Below are positions 55,720-64,000 of a stretch of DNA of 64,000 bases, piece by piece. Below the pieces are notes generated by a model. The model saw only the letters and a list, made by a program, of their open reading frames with translations, did not search any database and had not been told where the DNA came from. Source of the DNA: Kiritimatiellia bacterium (GTDB lineage Bacteria; Verrucomicrobiota; Kiritimatiellia; JAKQHR01). Where the stretch lies: positions 8,649 through 72,648 of the forward strand of contig JBFXGK010000014.1 of NCBI GenBank assembly GCA_050178035.1, in the 5' to 3' direction. Within the stretch, counting starts at the first letter, position 1. Each line of letters begins with the position of its first letter. A program made the position numbers and the translations under genes.

Positions 55720-56916
55720 TTATTGCGCAAGGGCTTCCGCAATGCTCTCGCAGACATATTTCATATTGGAGTCATTGAGGCCAGCGACGTTGATGCGGCC
55801 GCCGCCCACCATGTAGATCGCCTTCTGGTCGCGCAGGAAGGCGACCTGAGCATCGTTCAGCCCGCTGAAGGAGAACATCCCGTGCTGCTTCTCAATGAAA
55901 GTGAAGTCGCCCGGCACCTTCATGGACTTGAGCCCGTCCACCAGATGCGTGCGCAAGGATGCAATCCTGTTGCGCATCCCGGCCACTTCACCAAGCCACT
56001 GCTTGCGCAGGGATGCATCGCCCAGAATGGTCTGCACGATGATGCCGCCGTGCGCGGGCGGGTTGGAATAGCTGACGCGAATGCGCGTCAGCACATGACT
56101 GAAGGCCGCAGTCGCCCGGTCAGGAGTTCCGCCGATAACGGTCAGCGCGCCCACGCGGTCGCGGTACAGCCCGAAGTTCTTGGAGAACGAACTGGCCACC
56201 AGCATCTCGGGATTCTCCGCAGCCAGCGCGAGAATGGCCGCGCGGTCATCCTCAAGGCCGGCGCCAAAACCCTGATAGGCAAAATCCACAAACGGAAGCC
56301 ATCCGGCTTGTTTCGCAATGCCGGAAATTTCCGTCCACTGCGCAGCGGTCAAGTCAACACCGGTCGGATTGTGACAGCAGGCATGGAGCAGAACAATGTC
56401 CTCCGCCGGCACCTTGCGCAGCGTCTTTTTCATCCCCTCAAAGTCGAGGCCTTTGGACGCGGCGTCATAATAAGGATATTCTTTGATGGGGAACCCGGCC
56501 GCTGTGAAGATGCCCTTGTGGTTGGCCCATGTGGGTGAACTGATCCAAACGGCAGCGCCTGGCGCAAAGAGTTTCAGAAAGTCGGCGCCGATGCGAAGCG
56601 CGGCAGTCCCGCCAGGCGTGTGGGCTGTGCAGGCGCGTCCGCCCAAAACCAGTTCGTGCCCCTCGCCCGCCATCAGTTCGCGGACGCATTTGCCGTATTC
56701 GGGCGTTCCTGAAATGGAGTAATATGTTTTGGTCTTCGCCGAGGCCAGTATGCGCCTCTCCGCCTCCTTTACGGAATCGAGAATCGGGGTGGTTCCCTGC
56801 TCGTCCTGATAGACCCCGACACCCAGGTTGACTTTCCCCGGACGCGGATCTTTCTTGAAGGCTTCAGTCAGTCCCAGAATCGCATCGGCCGGGGCGGGCT
56901 GGATTTCCTCGAACAT
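55720..56916 (-). CDS. aspC: Aspartate/aromatic aminotransferase (class I).
   Basis: MFEEIQPAPADAILGLTEAFKKD...VNLGVGVYQDE. PLP-lysine region SFSKNFGLYRDRVG. Confidence 0.85.
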   Translation of the reverse strand: MFEEIQPAPADAILGLTEAFKKDPRPGKVNLGVGVYQDEQGTTPILDSVKEAERRILASAKTKTYYSISGTPEYGKCVRELMAGEGHELVLGGRACTAHTPGGTAALRIGADFLKLFAPGAAVWISSPTWANHKGIFTAAGFPIKEYPYYDAASKGLDFEGMKKTLRKVPAEDIVLLHACCHNPTGVDLTAAQWTEISGIAKQAGWLPFVDFAYQGFGAGLEDDRAAILALAAENPEMLVASSFSKNFGLYRDRVGALTVIGGTPDRATAAFSHVLTRIRVSYSNPPAHGGIIVQTILGDASLRKQWLGEVAGMRNRIASLRTHLVDGLKSMKVPGDFTFIEKQHGMFSFSGLNDAQVAFLRDQKAIYMVGGGRINVAGLNDSNMKYVCESIAEALAQ

Positions 56917-56931
56917 ATGTTTTCCTCTCCT

Positions 56932-58089
56932 TTACGGATAATACTGCTGCACCAGTTTTTTGATGGTGTCTTGTTCAACCTTGATGATCTTCATCTCGCG
57001 GGCGGCGTTTTCAGGCGAATCGGAGGCGTGGGCGGCATTGACCATCACATCGCTTCCGAATTCCTTTCGCACGGAGCCGGGCTGGGCCTTGCTGGGATCG
57101 GTGGGCCCAAGGATGTCGCGAATTTTGCTGATCGCGTTCTCGCCGGCATAGACCAGCGCGAGGCACTTGCTCTTGCCGGGACATTCCTTTCCATCAGCGC
57201 CGCAGGAAGGAGCCCACCAGCCGGTCATGAACTCAATGATCTTGTAGAACTGATGATCGGCCACCAGCGGACCGAACATTTCACCGAGCTGCTCTTTCAT
57301 GCTTTCCGGGATGGCAACCCCGAATTTCTTTGAAAGGGCTTCGTAGGCCTGCTCGCCGGCGGATCCCTTGAACTTCTTGCGCAGAAATTCCCGGACCGGC
57401 CCGTAGAATTCTTCGGCCTCGCCCACACTCATCTGATGCAGCTTCGCGCCGACAATGCGCAGGCCGGAACCCGAAAACAAGTCAATGATGTTTCCCGCGC
57501 GCGAGCTCGGAAAGCGGAAATTGTCGGGCTTGATCAGGACAAGGGTCTTCTCAATATTGTCGTCCGCCAGATCAAAGGCGTCGGCGATAATGCCGCCGTC
57601 TTTTGCGCTGTATTCAGCCCAGAGTTTCAGCGTGGCCGCGCAGGATTTTGCCGTGGGGCCGATCAGAACAGCCGGTTCGACATAGAGCACCTGCCCGTTG
57701 GGCCCGGTGACGTAATCGCCGTAGATGTCGCGGACCGTGCGGCCGGAAGTCATGTTGTAACGAACCTTTCCGGTGGCTTCACGGATGCGGTCAATGGCAT
57801 TGTCGCCTTCAAACAGAAGCATGAACACCCGGTGACGGCGGTTGTTCTTTGAATCGGGCATGTAGGTGCGGAGAACATAATCGGCGATGATGTCGCGCTG
57901 ATCCTCGTCGACCTCCTGATCCTCACGGATCATGGCGGCATATTTTTCGGTCAGCGCCCTGCTGGGCCCGAAAATGCGTGCGCCGACCAGGTCGAGTCCG
58001 GTGCGAATGTAGCGGCCAATCACGCCGCCTGTGCGCGATTTTCCGATCGTGTAAGGATTTATCAATACAAATGCCAGTTCTTTTGCCAT
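56932..58089 (-). CDS. Tandem nucleoside-diphosphate-kinase-fold protein. Degenerate N-terminal NDK-like domain plus a canonical C-terminal NDK domain.
   Basis: C-terminal domain has LVLIKPD...GENAISKIRDILGPTDP...NAAHASDSPENAAREMKI. The N-terminal domain (FVLINPY...) lacks the catalytic His. Start MAKELAF at 58089. Confidence 0.6.
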   Translation of the reverse strand: MAKELAFVLINPYTIGKSRTGGVIGRYIRTGLDLVGARIFGPSRALTEKYAAMIREDQEVDEDQRDIIADYVLRTYMPDSKNNRRHRVFMLLFEGDNAIDRIREATGKVRYNMTSGRTVRDIYGDYVTGPNGQVLYVEPAVLIGPTAKSCAATLKLWAEYSAKDGGIIADAFDLADDNIEKTLVLIKPDNFRFPSSRAGNIIDLFSGSGLRIVGAKLHQMSVGEAEEFYGPVREFLRKKFKGSAGEQAYEALSKKFGVAIPESMKEQLGEMFGPLVADHQFYKIIEFMTGWWAPSCGADGKECPGKSKCLALVYAGENAISKIRDILGPTDPSKAQPGSVRKEFGSDVMVNAAHASDSPENAAREMKIIKVEQDTIKKLVQQYYP

Positions 58090-58118
58090 AATGGCCTCCA
58101 AATTTTTGCATACGCTAT

Positions 58119-59438
58119 TTGAATGAAGCCTTTCAATCAAGACTGGAAATGAAGAATCGCACAAATCATAATCCGGCCGCTGCCGGCGGAACAAGCCGGC
58201 GCACAGAACTGGCACTCGGCATCCTTGAGCAGGTATGCAGCGAGGTCGCCCGGAATAATCCGGCAGACGCTTCATTGCAGGCCGTTTTCCGTAAGCACCG
58301 TGAATACGGGTCACGCGACCGCAGGTTCTACTCTCGCGTTGTTTTTTCATATTTCCGCTGGCGCGGCTGGCTGGAAGGCGCCGCGCCGGTCAAGGCCTGC
58401 GCCGTCGCCCTGCTGCTCGATGCCGAGAACGTGAACGACGATCTCCGGGCCGTCTGCACTGATGCCGGATTTTCCGAAGGGAAGATGAAGCCGATGGCGG
58501 CGATGACACTCCCGGAGAAGGCGGCGATGGCGGGCAGCCTGCTGGGACGAAGCGTGGCGGTGGAGAACATCATCCCGAAGAATGTGCTCGATAGGATTGC
58601 ATTCCCCCGCCATCTGAATCCCTGGGAAGCCCGCTCACAGTTCCTGGAGTCCATGCAAATCCGGCCGCCCGCATGGCTGCGTTTCGCAACGGCGGCCGAT
58701 GCTATGGCTATCGAAGCGCCCGGCGCCCAGGCGCATCCCCGCATCCCGACGGCGCTTGCGCTCCCCGAAAATTTCAACCGCGGACTGCTCAACACCCCCG
58801 AGGGCAGAAAGGCGGATGTGCAGGATTTATCTTCTCAGTGCGCCGGATTGATCGCGGCGCCGCAGGCCGGCGAAAGCTGGTGGGACGTCTGTTCCGGCGC
58901 GGGCGGCAAGGCGCTGCACCTGGCGGCGCTGTCCGGATGCCGCGCAGAAATACTGGCGACCGACCTCCGTCCGTCGAGTCTCGGACAGATCCGTGAACGC
59001 GCGGAACGCACGGGTATGCGCGGCATCCGAACAGCCGTGCTCGACGGAAGCAAAGACAGCCCCGGATGCGGCGATTTCGACGGAATCATTGTGGACGCCC
59101 CCTGCTCCGGGATTGGGACATGGCCCCGCAATCCGGATGCCCGATGGAGATTCGATCCGTCAAACATCAATCGCAGCGCGGCTGTCCAGAAAAGGATCGT
59201 GATGCATGTGTCGCAGTTCCTCCGGCCCGGCGGCCGCCTGATCTATGCGGTCTGCACCTGCACGGCCGACGAGACAGACGCTGTGGCGGCCGCATTCCTC
59301 AATGAAAAGAGGAATTTCGAGCCGCTTGATTTCACGCATCCGCTGACCGGAGCCGCCTGCCCGGGGCAATGCATGATCTGGCCTGCGGACGGGCCATGCA
59401 ATGGGATGTTCATCGCAGGATTCAGAAAAGCTGAATAA
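58119..59438 (+). CDS. rsmB: 16S rRNA m5C methyltransferase, RsmB/Sun (NOL1/NOP2) family.
   Basis: NusB-like N-terminus, SAM motif DVCSGAGGKALHLA, catalytic DAPCSGIGTWPRNPD and PGGRLIYAVCT. Confidence 0.8.
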   Translation: MNEAFQSRLEMKNRTNHNPAAAGGTSRRTELALGILEQVCSEVARNNPADASLQAVFRKHREYGSRDRRFYSRVVFSYFRWRGWLEGAAPVKACAVALLLDAENVNDDLRAVCTDAGFSEGKMKPMAAMTLPEKAAMAGSLLGRSVAVENIIPKNVLDRIAFPRHLNPWEARSQFLESMQIRPPAWLRFATAADAMAIEAPGAQAHPRIPTALALPENFNRGLLNTPEGRKADVQDLSSQCAGLIAAPQAGESWWDVCSGAGGKALHLAALSGCRAEILATDLRPSSLGQIRERAERTGMRGIRTAVLDGSKDSPGCGDFDGIIVDAPCSGIGTWPRNPDARWRFDPSNINRSAAVQKRIVMHVSQFLRPGGRLIYAVCTCTADETDAVAAAFLNEKRNFEPLDFTHPLTGAACPGQCMIWPADGPCNGMFIAGFRKAE

Positions 59439-59489
59439 AAACCGGCACGCCATTGACACATCGAACATCTGCATACTATATTCTCTCCT

Positions 59490-59948
59490 TTGGAGATCGC
59501 CATGAGTTACAATATGGAACCCGTTGAGATTCTTCTGGTGGAGGACAATCCGGACGACGTCGAACTGACCCTCCGGGCGCTGCAATCCAAGAACATCGTC
59601 AACAGGATCTTTGTGGTGCGCGACGGCGAAGAAGCTCTTGAATACATCTTCTGCGAAAAAAGGCATGCCTCGCGCAGCATAGAGCACCCCCCAAAGCTGA
59701 TCCTTCTGGATCTCAAGCTCCCCAAGATAGACGGGCTTACGGTTCTGCGTCGCATCAAGAGCGATGCACGCACAGAGGGCATCCCCGCCGTGATCCTGAC
59801 CGCGTCAGACGAAGAAAGGGATCTCATCAACACCTACAATTACGGGGCCAACAGCTACCTTGTGAAACCCATCGCGTTTGACAAACTCGCTGAAATCATC
59901 GTCACGCTGGGACTGTCATGGGCCATAGTCAGCGCGAGAGCCTCATAA
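59490..59948 (+). CDS. Single-domain CheY-like response regulator.
   Basis: ILLVEDNPDD...LILLDLKLPKIDG...K motif set. Confidence 0.8.
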   Translation: MEIAMSYNMEPVEILLVEDNPDDVELTLRALQSKNIVNRIFVVRDGEEALEYIFCEKRHASRSIEHPPKLILLDLKLPKIDGLTVLRRIKSDARTEGIPAVILTASDEERDLINTYNYGANSYLVKPIAFDKLAEIIVTLGLSWAIVSARAS

Positions 59949-59964
59949 CAGGAAGGCTGCCGTC

Positions 59965-61530
59965 ATGGAGTCCGGAGCAGAATTCAAAATCCTGATGCTC
60001 GAAGACCGGTCGGAAGACTGCGAGCTGATTCAGCGCGTTCTCGTCAAGGAAGGTTTCAGGTTCACGCTGCATCGTGTGGACACGGAAAACGACATGCTCC
60101 GGGAACTCCGGGAGTTCAAGCCCGACATGATCATCTCGGACTATGTCATGCCCGGCTTCGATGCAATCAAAGCCCTCGGCATAGCCCAGAAGGCTGCGCC
60201 GGACGTGCCCGTCATTGTTGTTTCCGGAACAGTCGGCGAAGAAACCGCGGCAGACGCCATCCGCAACGGCGCCAGCGACTATGTCATGAAAGACAACCTG
60301 AAGCGCCTCGGGCCGGCCGTCAGGCGGGAACTGCAGGAAATAGACCGGCGGCACAAAGCGCACCAGATTGAAACCGAGCTGCGCAAGCGCCTGCAGAACG
60401 CCGAGCAGATGGAAACGCTGGGCAAACTGGCCGGCAAGGTTGCTCACGACCTCAACAATATCCTTGGGCCCATTGTGGCTTACCCCGACCTGATTCTCGA
60501 ACAGCTTCCGCCCGACAGTCCGGTGCGTGACGACATTCTCGAAATCCGAAAATCCGCCGAGCACGCGGCGGAAATAATCAAGGATCTCCTGACCCTTGCC
60601 CGGCGCGGAAATTTCCAGCCGGGGTCCATCAGCCTGAACACGGTGGTCAGGAATTACATGAAGTCGCTGGGATTCATCGCCCTCAGGAATAAGCTGCCCG
60701 AGCAGCAGGTTGAGTGCCGGCTGGACGATGCGCTTCCTGACATTCTCGGATCCGCGCCCCATCTGCAGGCCGTGATCATGAACCTGATCATCAACGCATT
60801 CGACGCCAGCAAAGGGGAACCCGTCATCGTCAGCACCCGGTCAGTTGTTCTGGATAAACCCCTGAACGGTTACGAGAAAATTCCCGCGGGCCACTACGCT
60901 GTTCTGAGCGTGGCTGACAAGGGGCGCGGCATCGATCCGGATGACATGAAACGCCTGCTGGAACCATTCTTCTCGCGCAAAGATATGGGCAACAGCGGAA
61001 CCGGCCTGGGACTGACCATCATCTTCGGGATCCTTAAGGATCATCAGGGTTACATTGACATCATATCCGAAGTCGGGTCAGGCACGGAATTCATCCTGTA
61101 CTTCCCCGCCGCCAACGCGGAAACCCCGCAGCCTGCTGAGAAGGACATCAGCTATGAGGGCACCGAAACCATTCTGGTTGTTGATGACCTCCGGCCGCAG
61201 AGGGCGCTGGCGCGGGCACTCCTGCGTTCGTTGGGCTACAGGGTGCTGACCGCATCCAACGAATACGAGGCGTTGAACATCCTCGAGGGGAAAACCGTAG
61301 ACCTGGTCCTGCTGGACATGAACATGGGCAAAGAGAACGACGGCGTCAATCTATACCGGAAAATCGTCGAGAAGGTTCCCGGACAGGCCTGCATGCTGGT
61401 CAGCGGATCCACGCCGCAGGCGCAGCTGGAGGAGGCCAGAAAAATCGGATGCGATGCCTTCATCCCCAAACCCTTCAGCCGGCCCGCGCTCGGGCGGGCA
61501 GTCCGTGCGCAGCTTGACAAGCGGAAATAG
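59965..61530 (+). CDS. Hybrid histidine kinase (REC-HisKA-HATPase-REC).
   Basis: N-terminal REC, H-box LGKLAGKVAHDLNNIL, N/G boxes, C-terminal REC. Confidence 0.85.
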   Translation: MESGAEFKILMLEDRSEDCELIQRVLVKEGFRFTLHRVDTENDMLRELREFKPDMIISDYVMPGFDAIKALGIAQKAAPDVPVIVVSGTVGEETAADAIRNGASDYVMKDNLKRLGPAVRRELQEIDRRHKAHQIETELRKRLQNAEQMETLGKLAGKVAHDLNNILGPIVAYPDLILEQLPPDSPVRDDILEIRKSAEHAAEIIKDLLTLARRGNFQPGSISLNTVVRNYMKSLGFIALRNKLPEQQVECRLDDALPDILGSAPHLQAVIMNLIINAFDASKGEPVIVSTRSVVLDKPLNGYEKIPAGHYAVLSVADKGRGIDPDDMKRLLEPFFSRKDMGNSGTGLGLTIIFGILKDHQGYIDIISEVGSGTEFILYFPAANAETPQPAEKDISYEGTETILVVDDLRPQRALARALLRSLGYRVLTASNEYEALNILEGKTVDLVLLDMNMGKENDGVNLYRKIVEKVPGQACMLVSGSTPQAQLEEARKIGCDAFIPKPFSRPALGRAVRAQLDKRK

Positions 61531-61679
61531 CATTCTCCCTTCCTGAACTTGCAGATGTTCCGCCGCCGCGCTATACTTCTCGTTCAATAATAGAATTTAT
61601 ATTGGTCGGCAGGATGGGCACTGCGTGCCCGCCGCGGCGGTCGGCAAATCGCCCGCCTTACTTGAAGTGATGCCCATGA

Positions 61680-62000
61680 ATGGCCGGAGAATTGAACATG
61701 ACAGCATATCAGAGGTTTAAATCCGAGGACTTGATACTTCGCGACGAACTGGCGATTGACCGCACACTCCTGGCCAACGAGCGCACACTCCTGGCCTATC
61801 TGCGTTCCGGCGTTGCTCTCATGCTGGCCGGCGTCACCCTTTTCCATTTTTCGGCGGCAAAATGGTTTCAGGTCATTGGCCTTTCCTGCATTCCGGCCGG
61901 GGTGATCGTCATGCTCATCGGCACCCTGCGCTATCGTCAGATGAACTCCCGCATCTTAACCGCCCGCAATCAAAGCAATGCCGACAAATCCGGCAAATAG
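61680..62000 (+). CDS. DUF202 (YidH-family) small membrane protein.
   Basis: LANERTLLAYLRSGVALMLAGV is the DUF202 signature. Two TM helices. Confidence 0.6.
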   Translation: MAGELNMTAYQRFKSEDLILRDELAIDRTLLANERTLLAYLRSGVALMLAGVTLFHFSAAKWFQVIGLSCIPAGVIVMLIGTLRYRQMNSRILTARNQSNADKSGK

Positions 62001-62370
62001 GACATCGCGCGCGGACCGGTACACACTTCCGGACGGCTGGGAAATCCTCGCCGGTAAATCCGATCGCGACAACGATGTGCTCAGCATCGGAACGGCCCAT
62101 CCGTCCGACTGGTGGTTCCACATCAAGGGCATGTCCGGGAGCCATGTGATTTTGAGTCATCCGGATCATCTGGAGCCGTCAAAGGAACTTCTGGAATGCG
62201 CAGCCGCAGTTGCCGCATGGCACAGCAAGGCCCGCAACGGAGGGGTTACAGCGGTCTCCTGCACGCAGGCGAAAAATGTATCCAAACCGCGCGGCGCAAA
62301 GCCCGGAACCGTCCACATCACCAAATCCCGCGTCCTGAAAGTACGGCCGGCCCTTCCCGCGGCCCATTGA
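61978..62370 (+). CDS. DUF814 / NFACT-R-type RNA-binding domain protein.
   Basis: PSDWWFHIKGMSGSHVIL matches the DUF814 core (D.WFH....GSHV). Confidence 0.5.
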   Translation: MPTNPANRTSRADRYTLPDGWEILAGKSDRDNDVLSIGTAHPSDWWFHIKGMSGSHVILSHPDHLEPSKELLECAAAVAAWHSKARNGGVTAVSCTQAKNVSKPRGAKPGTVHITKSRVLKVRPALPAAH

Positions 62371-62472
62371 TAAAAATCGCTGTTTTTTGGCCTTTTTTGA
62401 GCATTTTTAAACGTTTTTAGGCATTTTTGGCCATTTTTTGGCCATTTTGGGCCGTTTTTTGTGTTTTTTCAG
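62370..62472 (+). repeat. Phased T-tract repeat block (family copy 6).
   Basis: TGTTTTTTGGCCTTTTTTGAGCATTTTTAAACGTTTTTAGGCATTTTTGGCCATTTTTTGGCC... Confidence 0.75.
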
Positions 62473-62477
62473 ACTTT

Positions 62478-64000
62478 TTACGGGAAAGTGACCATTGTGC
62501 GGTAATAGCCAGTCGCACCGTTGTTGGTTACTGAAAGCACGACTGCACCCCCGATGCCGGGCTTGTTCAGGCCCATACGCGTCCAGGTTATGCTCCCGGT
62601 CAGGTTTGTGGTCCAAATGAGGTCGTACACGCGGTCGCTCGATGTCGGCGGGCCCGTGGTGATGTTCAGGACGGCCGTGCCCACGGCGCTGGTGATGGTG
62701 TTCTGGTAGAACGAGAGTATGTTCAGCGGATCGGTGTCAGTGATATATTCATAATGATTGTCTTTCCCGTCGCCGTCGGCATCGTCGCCCGGATTGTTGG
62801 TCAGGCTCGTGAATTTCGTCCATTCCCACGCATCCGCGATACTGTCGAGATCGGAGTCGAACGGAACCACGATGACGGTTGCATTCGTCACCACGCTGTT
62901 GGTTTCGGCCTGTCCGTCATCGGCGACGAAGACAACCGCATTGGTCGTGTTCGCATGAACGACGCCCGCGGTCCATGAGAAGGTCGTGCCGACATAAGAT
63001 GCCCCGGCCGGCGCGACGGTGTTGGTCAGGGTCACGGGATCACTGTCCGAATCGCTGGCGGTCACGGCAAAGTTGGTGGCCGCGCCCACAGGCAGGATGT
63101 GCGGGCCGGGCAGGCTGATCACCGGCGCATGGTTCTGCGCCATTTCCTCAATCTTCAGGTACTGCACCAGCTCGCCGTCGTTGGTGATCGCGTTGACCGT
63201 GCCGCCCTCCAGATTCACCCAGACGCCGCTGCTGTAGAGTTCCGCGCCCGACTTATTGGTCGGCCAGAGATACACACCGGCATCACTCGAGGCCAGGTTG
63301 CGCACGTTGTAGAATTTGCCGGTATCCATCCCCAGCAGACTCCACGGTCCTGTCAGATCATAAGTGGCCGACGCGCCCGCATGCGCCTCGCCGTGCCGGA
63401 ACAGCAGCGCGAACGCCAGCACGACATCCTTGTCGATCGGCGAGGCATAGGCCTCCTCGTATTTCGCCACCGCCATGATTTTACCCTCGTCGCCGCCACC
63501 GACCTTGCTCAGGAAATACCGGTTCTGGCTCTGGAGCGCGGGGCTGTTCAAACGCGCCCAGTTCACGCGGCCGTACCACTGCGCAAGGCCTCCGTTGTTC
63601 GGCGGAGGATTGGACCAGACCATCAACTGGTTCCACTGCTTGAATTGCGGGATGTACTTGCCAAAGTTCTCCTCGTGGTCGGTGCGGAAGCCGTCGTAGT
63701 ACCAGAAGGACGGATCGGAATTATAGTTCTGGATGCCCTGCTCCTGCCCGTAAAACATCATCGGAATGCCGTCCACCGTTGAGACCGCCCCGTAGCGGCT
63801 GGCCGTCAGCCAGGTGTCGTTGTCCGGCAGCACTTCGTCATGCGAGGTCAGGTTCAGCAGCACCGCGCCGCCGTTGTAGCTGCTGCGCCGGTCTTCCAGC
63901 GCGCTGCGGATGGCCCACGAATCGTTGATGTGCGCCTGCGTGAACTGAAACACGAGGTTCTCGTTCAGCACGTCGAAATGGCGGTTCGACCGGTAGCCGG
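62478..64000 (-). CDS. GH13 (alpha-amylase family) glycoside hydrolase, C-terminal portion. 5' end lies beyond the window. C-terminal FN3-like tail ending GYYRTMVTFP.
   Basis: FYGQEQG and LLNLTSHDE resemble GH13 conserved regions. The ORF stays open to the window edge. Confidence 0.5.
   Translation of the reverse strand, partial: GYRSNRHFDVLNENLVFQFTQAHINDSWAIRSALEDRRSSYNGGAVLLNLTSHDEVLPDNDTWLTASRYGAVSTVDGIPMMFYGQEQGIQNYNSDPSFWYYDGFRTDHEENFGKYIPQFKQWNQLMVWSNPPPNNGGLAQWYGRVNWARLNSPALQSQNRYFLSKVGGGDEGKIMAVAKYEEAYASPIDKDVVLAFALLFRHGEAHAGASATYDLTGPWSLLGMDTGKFYNVRNLASSDAGVYLWPTNKSGAELYSSGVWVNLEGGTVNAITNDGELVQYLKIEEMAQNHAPVISLPGPHILPVGAATNFAVTASDSDSDPVTLTNTVAPAGASYVGTTFSWTAGVVHANTTNAVVFVADDGQAETNSVVTNATVIVVPFDSDLDSIADAWEWTKFTSLTNNPGDDADGDGKDNHYEYITDTDPLNILSFYQNTITSAVGTAVLNITTGPPTSSDRVYDLIWTTNLTGSITWTRMGLNKPGIGGAVVLSVTNNGATGYYRTMVTFP

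Noticed and set aside
61611-61640. GC-rich hairpin GGGCAC-TGC-GTGCCC after the hybrid kinase gene as a terminator.
   Set aside because: Not followed by a U-tract. The ambiguous GCCGCGGCGG context is just as likely to be a chance palindrome in GC-rich DNA.

Overview
This is a high-GC (about 60% by eye) Gram-negative chromosomal segment. My guess is a PVC-type organism (Verrucomicrobia/Lentisphaerae/Kiritimatiellae-like): there is an LTD-CotH protein, a eukaryote-type GT3 glycogen synthase and a pilin-like gene, but the taxonomy is uncertain.

Housekeeping content, in order:
- icd, two ADP-heptose genes and an LpxL-like lipid A acyltransferase (LPS biosynthesis);
- obg, rpmA, rplU;
- two hybrid two-component systems;
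- murC-like ligase, a MATE efflux pump, prfC, a THUMP RNA methyltransferase;
- a deoB-deoA-punA nucleoside-catabolism operon;
- a tRNA cluster (Met, Leu, Ala, all minus strand);
- AI-2E and ArsB/NhaD transporters;
- aspC, an unusual tandem-NDK protein, rsmB.

Accessory content:
1. A roughly 9.1 kb integrative element sits in the 3' end of tRNA-Lys(CUU), bounded by a 58-bp direct repeat. It carries a tyrosine integrase, an AlpA-like HTH, a VirE-N/primase-like replication protein, an ERCC4 nuclease and a TerS-like protein. That is a phage-satellite (PICI-like) layout. The tRNA-proximal end holds a low-GC three-gene cargo module of zinc-ribbon membrane proteins.
2. A low-GC island at about 7.2-9.8 kb encodes a 724-aa FN3/beta-propeller secreted protein.
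3. Four unrelated secreted proteins (LTD-CotH, a GEVED-repeat protein, the island protein and a GH13 enzyme) end in the same FN3-like C-terminal module, terminating ...(F/Y)YR(V/S/T)... just before the stop. This may be a sorting tag.
4. A dispersed family of six intergenic blocks (about 60-135 bp) of phased T5-7 tracts (TTTTTGGCC / TTTTTGAGCA units, about 10-bp period) all lie in the same orientation. These look like intrinsically curved DNA elements.
5. Two loci carry a triple tandem array of a TTCCAA-N3-TTGGAA palindrome immediately upstream of the murC-like gene and the glycogen synthase gene.

Also present: a Doc/Phd-AbrB toxin-antitoxin pair, a standalone Cas4-like FeS nuclease, a five-gene envelope lipoprotein operon and a giant Gly-rich repeat adhesin.
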